Translations under genes and position numbers: made by a program | Origin: Deltaproteobacteria bacterium | GTDB taxonomy: Bacteria > Bdellovibrionota > Bdellovibrionia > Bdellovibrionales > JAMPXM01 | Direction of reading: 5' to 3' | Assembly: GCA_017302795.1 (NCBI GenBank) | Contig: JAFLCB010000013.1 | Coordinates: forward strand, 2,036-66,035 | Length of the DNA stretch: 64,000 nt | The notes under the pieces: model-generated | The model's database searches: none | What the model was told of the DNA's origin: nothing | The model's input: only the letters and a program-made list of their open reading frames with translations | Part shown: one piece after another, positions 37,010 through 45,021 of the stretch | Position numbering within the stretch: position 1 is the first letter of the stretch | How the letters are laid out: every line of letters starts with the position of its first letter

Positions 37010-37723
37010 ATGAATATGCCGAAATTGAAGTTACTCATGTTGGGCGCAGTTATGGTTCTAGCGTTCCAGAACTGCGGAAACAATATGAGCTTTCAGCAAG
37101 ATGGAGCTCTTGTTGCCAAAGCCGACGAAGATACGGATGGCGATGGAATTCCAGATGATCCTACCTCGGATGATCCGAATAATAGTGACGGAGGTGGAAT
37201 AAATCCAGGCGACGGCTCGCGTCCGCCGGGGATTTCGCCTACTCCTGCGCCAAGACCAGGCACACCTCCAGGTGCTAGTCCGACTCCACGAGCAAGTCCA
37301 ACACCACGTCCCGGGTATGGTGGAGGCCATGATGACGGCGATGATCATGATGATCATCATGATCATGATGACGACGACAAAGATTGTAACAACAAGGACC
37401 GCGATGATGATGACCATAGTGGAAATCACGCTGGGTCGTCGGCCACCGCAAGCTTCATCTGTATTCTTGAGGGACCTGGAAAGTCAGTAAAACTTGGTCT
37501 GCGACCAAACTCGCTAGCTGGCGGAACCTCTGCAGATCAAGCGGTGTGCATGAGCCAAAACGCCTGTCTGAATATTGCGAGCAAAGTGTTCTCGGTAAAG
37601 ATGGCCGATCGCCGGGGCTTCTGTAAACAGTCGGGAGCAAGCGGTCGAGTCTCAATGTCGGATGCGCAAATGGAAGAAGCCGTCACAAAGGCGAAAGTTC
37701 TTCAGATGTCGCAAGAGTACTAG
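37010..37723 (+). CDS. Asp/His-rich lipoprotein, paralog A
   Basis: Lipobox 'VLAFQNCGNN', a Pro-rich linker, the acidic/His tract 'GGHDDGDDHDDHHDHDDDDKDCNNKDRDDDDH', and a 4-Cys C-terminal domain shared with 37984-38661. Confidence 0.7.
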   Translation: MNMPKLKLLMLGAVMVLAFQNCGNNMSFQQDGALVAKADEDTDGDGIPDDPTSDDPNNSDGGGINPGDGSRPPGISPTPAPRPGTPPGASPTPRASPTPRPGYGGGHDDGDDHDDHHDHDDDDKDCNNKDRDDDDHSGNHAGSSATASFICILEGPGKSVKLGLRPNSLAGGTSADQAVCMSQNACLNIASKVFSVKMADRRGFCKQSGASGRVSMSDAQMEEAVTKAKVLQMSQEY

Positions 37724-37744
37724 CGGAATCTTTCCTAGTTCAAC

Positions 37745-37769
37745 CCCAGAGCTTCCTCTGGGTTTTTTT
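37745..37769 (+). terminator. Rho-independent terminator
   Basis: CCCAGAG-CTTC-CTCTGGG stem-loop followed by T7, 22 nt after the stop. Confidence 0.8.
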
Positions 37770-37983
37770 CGTCTCAGAATAAGATGATGAATATTGAAAC
37801 GTAACTCGCTGATACGACGATCCTTTTTTCAGGATATTCGAGTTCGACAGATCCTTAGCATTCAAAGCGAAATATCCGCATTTCAGATGGAACGACAGTT
37901 GCTCCCTTGATTGTCAGCGGTTTGGAACTCAATTGTAGCAGCGGAATGTAACTAAAGGTTTTTGAGTTCGAAAAGGGGTACCA

Positions 37984-38661
37984 ATGAATAGGCATCTTTT
38001 AATCATCGCAGCGCTCTTCTTGATTTTAGGTTTCCAGAATTGTTCGAACACTGCGTCTTTTGATGCGGATGGATCTTTGGTCGCAAAAACAGATGTCTCA
38101 CTTCAGGACGATGGTTCGAACACTTATGACGGAGTCATTGACGAGATCGCCGACGAGATGCCGGTCCCGAAGCCACCGTCCACGGGTGGTGGTGTCGTCG
38201 TAGTTCCGACCCCTACTCCTGCGCCAAATTACCGTGGCGGCCATGACGACGACGATCACGACCACGATAACCATGACGATGATGACGACGACCGCGATTA
38301 CGCCGGTCGGGATGACGACGAAGACGATGATGACCATGAAAAGGATGATGACGACCACTCAAATTCGATGTCAGACGCGACGTATGTATGTGTTCTCGAA
38401 AGCTCCAGTGGCGGAAAGAGTGTTCGGCTCGGACAAACTTCAAATGGATTGAGCAATGACCAAAGTGCCGTCAACGATGTTTGTATGAGTGAAAAAGCGT
38501 GTTTGGAAACCGTCTCAAAGGCTTTCGCTGTTAAAGGTGCTGAAAAGCGCGGTTACTGCAAGGAATCCAACAAGAGTAGTAACTTCGTTAAGATGTCAGA
38601 CAAAGAAGTCGAAGACGCGATCGCAAAAGAAATGCTCAAACGAATTATGTCGTCAAACTGA
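37984..38661 (+). CDS. Asp/His-rich lipoprotein, paralog B
   Basis: Lipobox 'ILGFQNCSNT'. Tract 'GGHDDDDHDHDNHDDDDDDRDYAGRDDDEDDDDHEKDDDDH'. The C-terminal domain 'YVCVLESSSGGKSVRLG...VCMSEKACLETVSKAFAVKGAEKRGYCKES' aligns with paralog A. Confidence 0.7.
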   Translation: MNRHLLIIAALFLILGFQNCSNTASFDADGSLVAKTDVSLQDDGSNTYDGVIDEIADEMPVPKPPSTGGGVVVVPTPTPAPNYRGGHDDDDHDHDNHDDDDDDRDYAGRDDDEDDDDHEKDDDDHSNSMSDATYVCVLESSSGGKSVRLGQTSNGLSNDQSAVNDVCMSEKACLETVSKAFAVKGAEKRGYCKESNKSSNFVKMSDKEVEDAIAKEMLKRIMSSN

Positions 38662-38701
38662 CCGCCGGACCTTGGCGGGTCCCTCCTACGCAGGGTCGCC
38701 A

Positions 38702-38934
38702 GGCCGTAGCGACACTTCTCAAATCTTTCCGCGCTACTGCACGGAACGAGGGTGAGAGCTTCGAAGGAGCGAGGCTCACCCGAGACGAAGGCCAGAGGCC
38801 GTAGCGACACTCCTCAAATCTTTCCGCGCTACTGCACGGAAAGCAGCGAAGGCCAGAGGCCGTAGCGACACTCCTCAAATCTTTCCGCGCTACTGCACGG
38901 AAAGCAGCGAAGGCCAGAGGCCGTAGCGACACTT
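38702..38934 (+). repeat. Tandem array of a structured repeat: one 95-bp long unit, two 61-bp short units and a 16-bp partial
   Basis: Units begin with GGCCGTAGCGACAC at 38702, 38797, 38858 and 38919. The long unit equals a short unit plus a 34-bp internal hairpin-containing segment (GGGTGAG...CTCACCC). Confidence 0.9.
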
Positions 38935-39554
38935 TAGACCGAAACGACTTCTTTAATTTCTGGAAGCGCGTCTTTCAGTCGAGTTTCGATTCCCATTTTC
39001 AAGGTCATAGTTGAGCTTGGACACCCGGCGCATGAGCCCTGCATGTGAAGATACACGACTTGATCTTCATATTTCGAGAATACGACATCTCCGCCGTCCT
39101 GGGCGACCATCGGTCGAATTTCATCATCCAGAACTCGCTTGATTAAGACCACTGCCGCAGAATCTGAGGGATTTGCAGCGTGGCGTGCAGTTCCCCCTTC
39201 TTCGGCAGACGCACTCTTTCCACTTACAGGAGCGGATGCTCCTGCTGAAACAATGGGTGCACCACTTTCGATGTGTTCTTCAATCAGCCCAGCCAATGGC
39301 TCGGCAATGATATCCCAATCGACCCAGTCTTGCTTTGTAACAGTAATAAAGTCTCGTCCGACATAAACGCCAGATGCCCATGGAAACCCGAAAAGCTTTT
39401 TTGCAAGAGGAGCAAACTGCGCTTCCGCCGCTGAATTGTAAGCGATCGGAGTTTCGGCAAAGACCATGTCCGAACCGATCAACGAAAAACGAAAGGTTTG
39501 TGGATTTGGTGTCTTCTCGAATCTGACCTTTGGGGTGGATACTGCTGCTGACAT
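38934..39554 (-). CDS. NifU/Nfu-type Fe-S cluster assembly scaffold protein
   Basis: N-terminal Nfu_N-like 'KTPNPQTFRF'. C-terminal 'GGDVVFSKYEDQVVYLHMQGSCAGCPSSTMTLKMGIE'. AAGGAG RBS before the ATG at 39554. Confidence 0.85.
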   Translation of the reverse strand: MSAAVSTPKVRFEKTPNPQTFRFSLIGSDMVFAETPIAYNSAAEAQFAPLAKKLFGFPWASGVYVGRDFITVTKQDWVDWDIIAEPLAGLIEEHIESGAPIVSAGASAPVSGKSASAEEGGTARHAANPSDSAAVVLIKRVLDDEIRPMVAQDGGDVVFSKYEDQVVYLHMQGSCAGCPSSTMTLKMGIETRLKDALPEIKEVVSV

Positions 39555-39731
39555 AGTAGGCTCCTTAGCGGCCCAGAGATAAACAAAAGTGGCGCTGTGC
39601 GACAACTTGCAGCGAACTACTGTTTAGGTCAACGCCTCATGGCTGATTTCTTGATCTCTTGTTCTCTTGATTTAACGGCCATCGAAAGCTAATCCTTTCC
39701 AGGCTTTACCCCAATTTTCAAGGGAGATCTA

Positions 39732-40655
39732 ATGACACCGCGAGTTCGCGAAATTTTAAGCTGGTACGGCTCGGACAACCCAGGAACGCTGACCAATATT
39801 GCTCGCCTCATGAACCATGGGCGCCTCGCTGGCACTGGAAAAATGGTGATTCTTCCGGTCGATCAAGGTTTTGAGCATGGCCCTGCTCGAAGTTTCGCGA
39901 AAAATCCTGAAGGTTATGACCCGCATTACCACTTCAATCTCGCGATTGAATCTGGCTGCAACGCCTATGCGGCTCCCCTTGGCTTTCTTGAAGCCGGTGC
40001 GCGAGAGTATGCGGGCGAAATTCCGTTGATTTTGAAAATCAACAACAGCGACTCGCTCTGGAGCAATAAATCTCCGATTTCTGCGCTGACGTCGGGAATT
40101 GACGATGCGCTTCGTTTAGGTTGTGCAGCGATTGGCTTCACTATTTATCCGGGGTCAAGCGATCGCAAAACTATGTACGAAGAAATCGCGATGGCCGCGC
40201 AAGATGCAAAAAAAGCGGGACTTGCAGTTGTCATGTGGTCGTACCCGCGTGGTGAGCAGCTTTCAAAAGCGGGCGAAACGGGAATTGATGTCATTGCTTA
40301 CGCGGCACAAATCGCCGCTCAGCTTGGTGCGCACATTATCAAAGTTAAGGCACCAACGGCGCACATCGAACAAGATGCTGCTAAAAAAGTTTATGAAGCC
40401 CAAGGCATTCCAGTAGCAACAATGGCCGATCGTGCAAAACACATTTGCGATTCTTCTTTTGCTGGCCGCCGCATAGTGATTTTCTCTGGAGGCGAGGCGA
40501 AGTCGACGTCGGAGCTTCTTGAGGAAGTGAAAGGGCTTGCTCAAGGTGGAGCTTTTGGCTCGATCATGGGCAGAAACGCGTTTCAACGGCCAAAGAAGGA
40601 AGCAATTGAACTTCTAAAACAGGTTCAGGATGTTTTCGCTGGGCGCGCGTTATGA
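39732..40655 (+). CDS. fbaB: Class I fructose-bisphosphate aldolase (DhnA/FbaB family)
   Basis: 'GKMVILPVDQGFEHGP' and 'AHIIKVK' (Schiff-base Lys region). About 307 aa. Confidence 0.8.
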   Translation: MTPRVREILSWYGSDNPGTLTNIARLMNHGRLAGTGKMVILPVDQGFEHGPARSFAKNPEGYDPHYHFNLAIESGCNAYAAPLGFLEAGAREYAGEIPLILKINNSDSLWSNKSPISALTSGIDDALRLGCAAIGFTIYPGSSDRKTMYEEIAMAAQDAKKAGLAVVMWSYPRGEQLSKAGETGIDVIAYAAQIAAQLGAHIIKVKAPTAHIEQDAAKKVYEAQGIPVATMADRAKHICDSSFAGRRIVIFSGGEAKSTSELLEEVKGLAQGGAFGSIMGRNAFQRPKKEAIELLKQVQDVFAGRAL

Positions 40656-42178
40656 GCTCCGACATAACCTCGCAATCAACGGGCCAAACACCTGGCCACG
40701 AAAATCCACTTCGTGCGGAAAAGCGCCGTAAACTTCATGACCTTCGTAAGCTCGGAATTGATCCGTTTCCACACAGCTACAATCGCACTTCGTCGATTGC
40801 GGCGATTCTCGAGAAGTTTTCTGAGGTTCTTCAAGCGGGGGATGTTCGCGAAGGCGACCGGTTCCGTGTTGCTGGTCGTTTGATGACTAAGCGCCCGATG
40901 GGGAAGGCCGCCTTTTTTAACATTCAAGATCAATCGGCTTCCATTCAGGTTTACTTGCGAGGCGAAGAACTTTCCGAGCAAGACCGTCAGGCATTTGATC
41001 TTATCGATCTCGGTGACTTCGTAGGCATTGACGGTTTTGTTTTTAAAACAAAAAAAGGGGAGCTTTCGCTGCATGCGAAGGAATTCACAATCCTTTGCAA
41101 AACGCTCGAGCCACTTCCCGAAAAGTATCACGGCATTCAAGATGTGGAGATCAAGTATCGACATCGCCACCTAGATTTAATTTCAGATCCAGATTCTCGT
41201 GAGGTCTTCATCAAGCGTTCAAAAATTATTTCAGAAACAAGGTCGTGGTTGAACGCACGAGGCTTCTTAGAGGTTGAAACTCCGGTCCTTCAGCCAATAT
41301 ACGGCGGAGCTGCTGCTTATCCGTTTTCGACTCACCACCGCGCACTCGACATGAAGCTCTTCATGAAAATTTCACCCGAGCTTTATTTAAAGCGCCTTGT
41401 CGTTGGCGGCTTTGAAAAGGTTTACGAGATCGGAAAGAACTTCCGCAACGAAGGCATCGACCGATCGCACAATCCAGAGTTCACGATGCTTGAATGGTAT
41501 GAGGCCTACACCGACTACAACTATCAGATGAAACAATTCGAAGATCTGATTTCGCACCTTGCGCTAAAGGTCACGGGTTCGATGAAAGTCATGTATCAAG
41601 GTACTGAAATCGACTTCACTCCGCCTTGGCGGCGCCTAACGGTTTACGATGGTATTCGTGAATATGCGGGCATCGATCCGGACACGGCCTCGATTGAGGA
41701 CCTATTTAAGAAGGCACGTGAACTAGGAAGCGATATCGAGACTCCGAAGCCAGGCCAGGCGCATTCACGCGCAAAAATTGCGATGGAAATTTTTGATGCT
41801 GCTGTCGAGCCAGCCCTGTTTCAGCCGACATTTGTCATGGATCATCCGATCGAGATTTCGCCACTGACGAAAAAGCACCGCACGAAGCCAGGTTTCGTCG
41901 AACGCTTCGAACCTGTTTGCGCGCACATGGAAATCGGCAATGCCTACACCGAGCTGAATGATCCAGAAGATCAATTGGCCCGTCTTCAAGAGCAGGATGA
42001 ACAGCGAAAAGTGGACGAAGAAGCGCAGCCAATGGACGCCGACTTTATTCATGCTATCGATACAGGTATGCCGCCGACAGGTGGCGTGGGCGTCGGCATG
42101 GAGCGAATCGTGATGTTGCTGACGGATCGGCCATCAATTCGCGACATCATTTTGTTCCCGACTATGAAGATCAAGTAA
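40652..42178 (+). CDS. lysS: Lysine--tRNA ligase (class II)
   Basis: 'FRNEGIDRSHNPEFTMLEWY', 'ELNDPEDQ' and 'GMPPTGGVGVGMERIVMLL'. The ATG overlaps the fbaB stop (ATGA). Confidence 0.95.
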   Translation: MSSDITSQSTGQTPGHENPLRAEKRRKLHDLRKLGIDPFPHSYNRTSSIAAILEKFSEVLQAGDVREGDRFRVAGRLMTKRPMGKAAFFNIQDQSASIQVYLRGEELSEQDRQAFDLIDLGDFVGIDGFVFKTKKGELSLHAKEFTILCKTLEPLPEKYHGIQDVEIKYRHRHLDLISDPDSREVFIKRSKIISETRSWLNARGFLEVETPVLQPIYGGAAAYPFSTHHRALDMKLFMKISPELYLKRLVVGGFEKVYEIGKNFRNEGIDRSHNPEFTMLEWYEAYTDYNYQMKQFEDLISHLALKVTGSMKVMYQGTEIDFTPPWRRLTVYDGIREYAGIDPDTASIEDLFKKARELGSDIETPKPGQAHSRAKIAMEIFDAAVEPALFQPTFVMDHPIEISPLTKKHRTKPGFVERFEPVCAHMEIGNAYTELNDPEDQLARLQEQDEQRKVDEEAQPMDADFIHAIDTGMPPTGGVGVGMERIVMLLTDRPSIRDIILFPTMKIK

Positions 42179-42217
42179 GCAGAAGATCATGTAATCCATT
42201 TTTCGAGAGAGGCCGCG

Positions 42218-43309
42218 ATGGAATTGCGCCAACTTTTTGGAGTACGACGGATGGTAATGGCGCGATCGGCGTCGTTACTTGTTGCAATTGCGCTAAGTGG
42301 TTGTGTCACTAAGCCGACGAAGGTGACAGAGAATTCGACCCGGGGGTTTGGTGCCGCCCCAGCATTGATGCGACCGGTTTTGCTTGATGAATCCACCGTC
42401 ATTTTGGATGCGCGACCTGCTTTTGAATACTCAATGGCTCGGATTCCGCGTTCGCTCAACATCAATTGGGTGGATTTTTCCGAGCGGGATCCGATGTCCC
42501 GCGGCTGGCCTCAAAAGGACTCGTTCGCAGCCGCTAGACGCTTAGCGCGCATGGGTATTTCGCCGTCATCAAAAGTTGTGGTGTTTGGCCTCGGGCCCGA
42601 TGGCCAAGCCGAAGAGGGTCGAGTCGCGTGGCTACTGGCCTATCTTGGAGTTGAGAATGTTCAATTTGCTCGTTTCGGTGCGGTGAAGTCGCGCCTGACC
42701 ACTGAAGCACTGCCTGAAATGTCTCGCTCCGAATTTGAAGACAGTAGTCAGGCGAGCACCGGAGGCGCAGGCTCGAGGCTCAGCGAGTCCGATCGAACAA
42801 AGCGGGCAGGCGACGAGGGAATTGGCGCGAGTGGCGGGCTACTTGGCGACAATCAGCCTAAAGAAAGTGGCATCACTGCGCAGCCCGTATGGAAGCCCGA
42901 GCTTGAGAGTTCACTGATTGCCACACGTGCAGAAATTCTTGGCGCTTTCGAAAATCGCGCGGTCGAAAAAGCTTGGGCTTTCCAAGGCGCAAAGCCGAAG
43001 TTTTATCGCATCATTGATGTGCGTTCAGCAAAAGAGTATTTGGGAAAATCGGGCGGACTTCGCTCAAGAGCGATTCCAAATTTTGATGCGATGAACATCC
43101 CGTGGAAAGAATTTTTCGATACGGATCTCAAACCTCTCCCCGAAATAGGCGAACGTCTTTTGTCGATTGGTTTTCGTCGCGACCAGCGAATCTTGGTCAT
43201 CGACAACGACGGAGTAGCAAGTGCCGCAGTCACGATGGCGCTTCGGGCAATGGGATTTGTCGATGCCGGCTGCTACGCTGGTGGTTACAACGACCTTTTA
43301 AAGAAATAG
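42218..43309 (+). CDS. Rhodanese-domain lipoprotein (two rhodanese-like domains with an acidic/Gly-rich linker)
   Basis: Lipobox 'IALSGC'. 'ILDARPAFEYSMARIPRSLNI' and 'IIDVRSAKEY...IPNFDAMNIPW'. Confidence 0.7.
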   Translation: MELRQLFGVRRMVMARSASLLVAIALSGCVTKPTKVTENSTRGFGAAPALMRPVLLDESTVILDARPAFEYSMARIPRSLNINWVDFSERDPMSRGWPQKDSFAAARRLARMGISPSSKVVVFGLGPDGQAEEGRVAWLLAYLGVENVQFARFGAVKSRLTTEALPEMSRSEFEDSSQASTGGAGSRLSESDRTKRAGDEGIGASGGLLGDNQPKESGITAQPVWKPELESSLIATRAEILGAFENRAVEKAWAFQGAKPKFYRIIDVRSAKEYLGKSGGLRSRAIPNFDAMNIPWKEFFDTDLKPLPEIGERLLSIGFRRDQRILVIDNDGVASAAVTMALRAMGFVDAGCYAGGYNDLLKK

Positions 43310-43327
43310 AAGCAGGAAAGGCGAGGA

Positions 43328-43849
43328 GTGATGAATTTTTGCCGGCTTGTTTTAGTTTTATTGCTCATACTGCCACTTTCGACCGCTGCAAAGAATTCGA
43401 CTGCGATTGACGCAATCAACAGTTCGGCTGATCGCCTTGAAAAACGCATTTCAGAACGCGACAAGAGCTTGCCCAGTCTAAATGTAGAATACGATTTCCG
43501 TGACGCAACGGAAGGGGTCCCACCTAACATCAAATGCTTTTTTGAAACGAAGAAGACAGAAAAGTCCGAGCGGTCTGTTTTGAGAGTGTGCAAGATCCAC
43601 ATCGGACACGAGGTCTATTCCGTCATTCACACTTACTATTTAGACGAAAGCGGTCGGCCAATGAAATACCTCGTGGTAAATTCTGGAATCTCGGGCGATG
43701 GCGGGATGCCTGCGAGCCGCGAGGGAGTCATCTACGACAAATCAGGCCGAATTGTTTGGTCGTCGACGGGAGGAGCTAAATCGCCGATGACCTTCAAGGA
43801 AATTATCGGTCTTTTTAGTTCGCTCAATAATGCTTTGGGTAAATTCTAA
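43328..43849 (+). CDS. Secreted hypothetical protein
   Basis: Signal peptide 'MMNFCRLVLVLLLILPLSTAAKN'. GGAG-type RBS. Confidence 0.5.
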   Translation: MMNFCRLVLVLLLILPLSTAAKNSTAIDAINSSADRLEKRISERDKSLPSLNVEYDFRDATEGVPPNIKCFFETKKTEKSERSVLRVCKIHIGHEVYSVIHTYYLDESGRPMKYLVVNSGISGDGGMPASREGVIYDKSGRIVWSSTGGAKSPMTFKEIIGLFSSLNNALGKF

Positions 43850-43868
43850 AATAGGCTCGCAGAGCGTA

Positions 43869-43884
43869 CTTCCGCCGGCGGAAG
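43869..43884. terminator. GC-rich palindrome CTTCCGCCGGCGGAAG between convergent genes (candidate bidirectional terminator hairpin)
   Basis: A perfect 16-bp palindrome. A T5 run lies 12 nt downstream on the plus strand. Confidence 0.35.
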
Positions 43885-43906
43885 CAGATGGGCAGTTTTT
43901 GCGTCA

Positions 43907-44941
43907 TCAGCTTGCGGCGCGAATTTTAAATAGAATGGAATTCAGTGCCTTGATCATGTCGGGGTCGTATTTTCCGGCGAGCTTGGTCGACATGAACTCT
44001 ACCGCTGATACAGGTGACATCGGATCATTGTACGAGCGCTTCGTCGTCAGCGCATCGTAAGTGTCGGTGATGGCCACGATCCGCGCCATTGGGTGGATCT
44101 CGTTGCCAGGAAGTTGTTGTGGATAGCCGTTACCTAGAAACGATTCGTGGTGTTCAAAGCAGCAGGCCTTCATGGCTTCACTGACGCCGTACTCATTCAA
44201 AATTTTTAGTCCATACTGCGGGTGTTTTTGCATTTGCGCCCACTCGACATCATCTAAAGGTCCTTGTTTGCAGATAATTTCGGCTTTCACGTGTCGTTTG
44301 CCGATGTCATGAAACAGAGCTCCGCGACCGAGCTCTTGAATCTCTTCACCTTTGTAACCAAGCACTTGTCCAAGACCCAACGAATAGATCGCGACATCTA
44401 GTGAGTGGTTGTAAGTATAGAAATCATGCGACGAGAGGCCCACCAAATGGGCCATCGCTTGGGGCTCTTTATCCATGAAGTCTACAAAATTGGTGATCAG
44501 CTCGCGCGAATCGGCCAGTGCCTCTTCCACATCTTCTTTTTCAAAAATCTCTTCGGCCAACGTCATGCTGGATTCGCGCAGAATATTGGCTTTGGTTTTC
44601 ATATCCAAGGCCGACTCGTTCATGCGGTCAAAAATATAGCTCTTAAAAAAGCTTCGCTGTTCATCTGGAACGTAAAAGACGTCTGCGCGCTCCAGATGCT
44701 GTATTTTCCGCGCGTTCAGAGAATCTCCGGCACGGAGGTAAAGGATCATTTTGCCGTTGATCATGATGAAGGTGTCAAAGGTTGTCGCTCGATCGGGGAT
44801 CAGTGAATTTACGCGAATTTTAAATTTCCCAGCAGCCGAGGGCGCAGTGCCTAGAGCCCTCGAGAGGGCCGGGGCAACTGCCTCAGGATGAGACAGGTTC
44901 GTGCTTGATCTAGAGCCGCGATCGTCACTGCTGTTTGACAT
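43907..44941 (-). CDS. HD-GYP domain phosphodiesterase
   Basis: 'HSLDVAIY', 'LFHDIGK' and 'HHESFLGNGYPQQL'. Confidence 0.85.
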   Translation of the reverse strand: MSNSSDDRGSRSSTNLSHPEAVAPALSRALGTAPSAAGKFKIRVNSLIPDRATTFDTFIMINGKMILYLRAGDSLNARKIQHLERADVFYVPDEQRSFFKSYIFDRMNESALDMKTKANILRESSMTLAEEIFEKEDVEEALADSRELITNFVDFMDKEPQAMAHLVGLSSHDFYTYNHSLDVAIYSLGLGQVLGYKGEEIQELGRGALFHDIGKRHVKAEIICKQGPLDDVEWAQMQKHPQYGLKILNEYGVSEAMKACCFEHHESFLGNGYPQQLPGNEIHPMARIVAITDTYDALTTKRSYNDPMSPVSAVEFMSTKLAGKYDPDMIKALNSILFKIRAAS

Positions 44942-45021
44942 ACCCTCTTAGTGTGCCAAGCAATTCATAACTCTCCAAGCCTTGCTTGCAGAGATTGTCT
45001 CAACAAGGCTAGTTATTTGGT

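Noticed and set aside
37058-38452. Several ORFs on both strands inside the Asp/His-coding tracts (for example 37058-37429, 37272-37490, 38098-38358, 38213-38443, 38234-38452).
   Set aside because: They are low-complexity translations (M/I/V/T-rich or R/H-rich) of the GAT/GAC/CAT repeats in alternative frames. The lipoprotein frames have signal peptides and conserved paralogous domains.
38553-38932. Minus-strand ORFs 38553-38810 and 38645-38932 ('MSLRPLAF...').
   Set aside because: Both lie entirely within the tandem repeat, and their peptide sequences are themselves repetitive copies of the translated unit. They are artefacts.
38702-38934. Possible CRISPR array (regularly spaced repeats in a non-coding region).
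   Set aside because: The units are directly contiguous (61-bp period, 61-bp unit) with no unique spacers. No cas genes or leader are nearby. It is a tandem repeat, not a CRISPR array.
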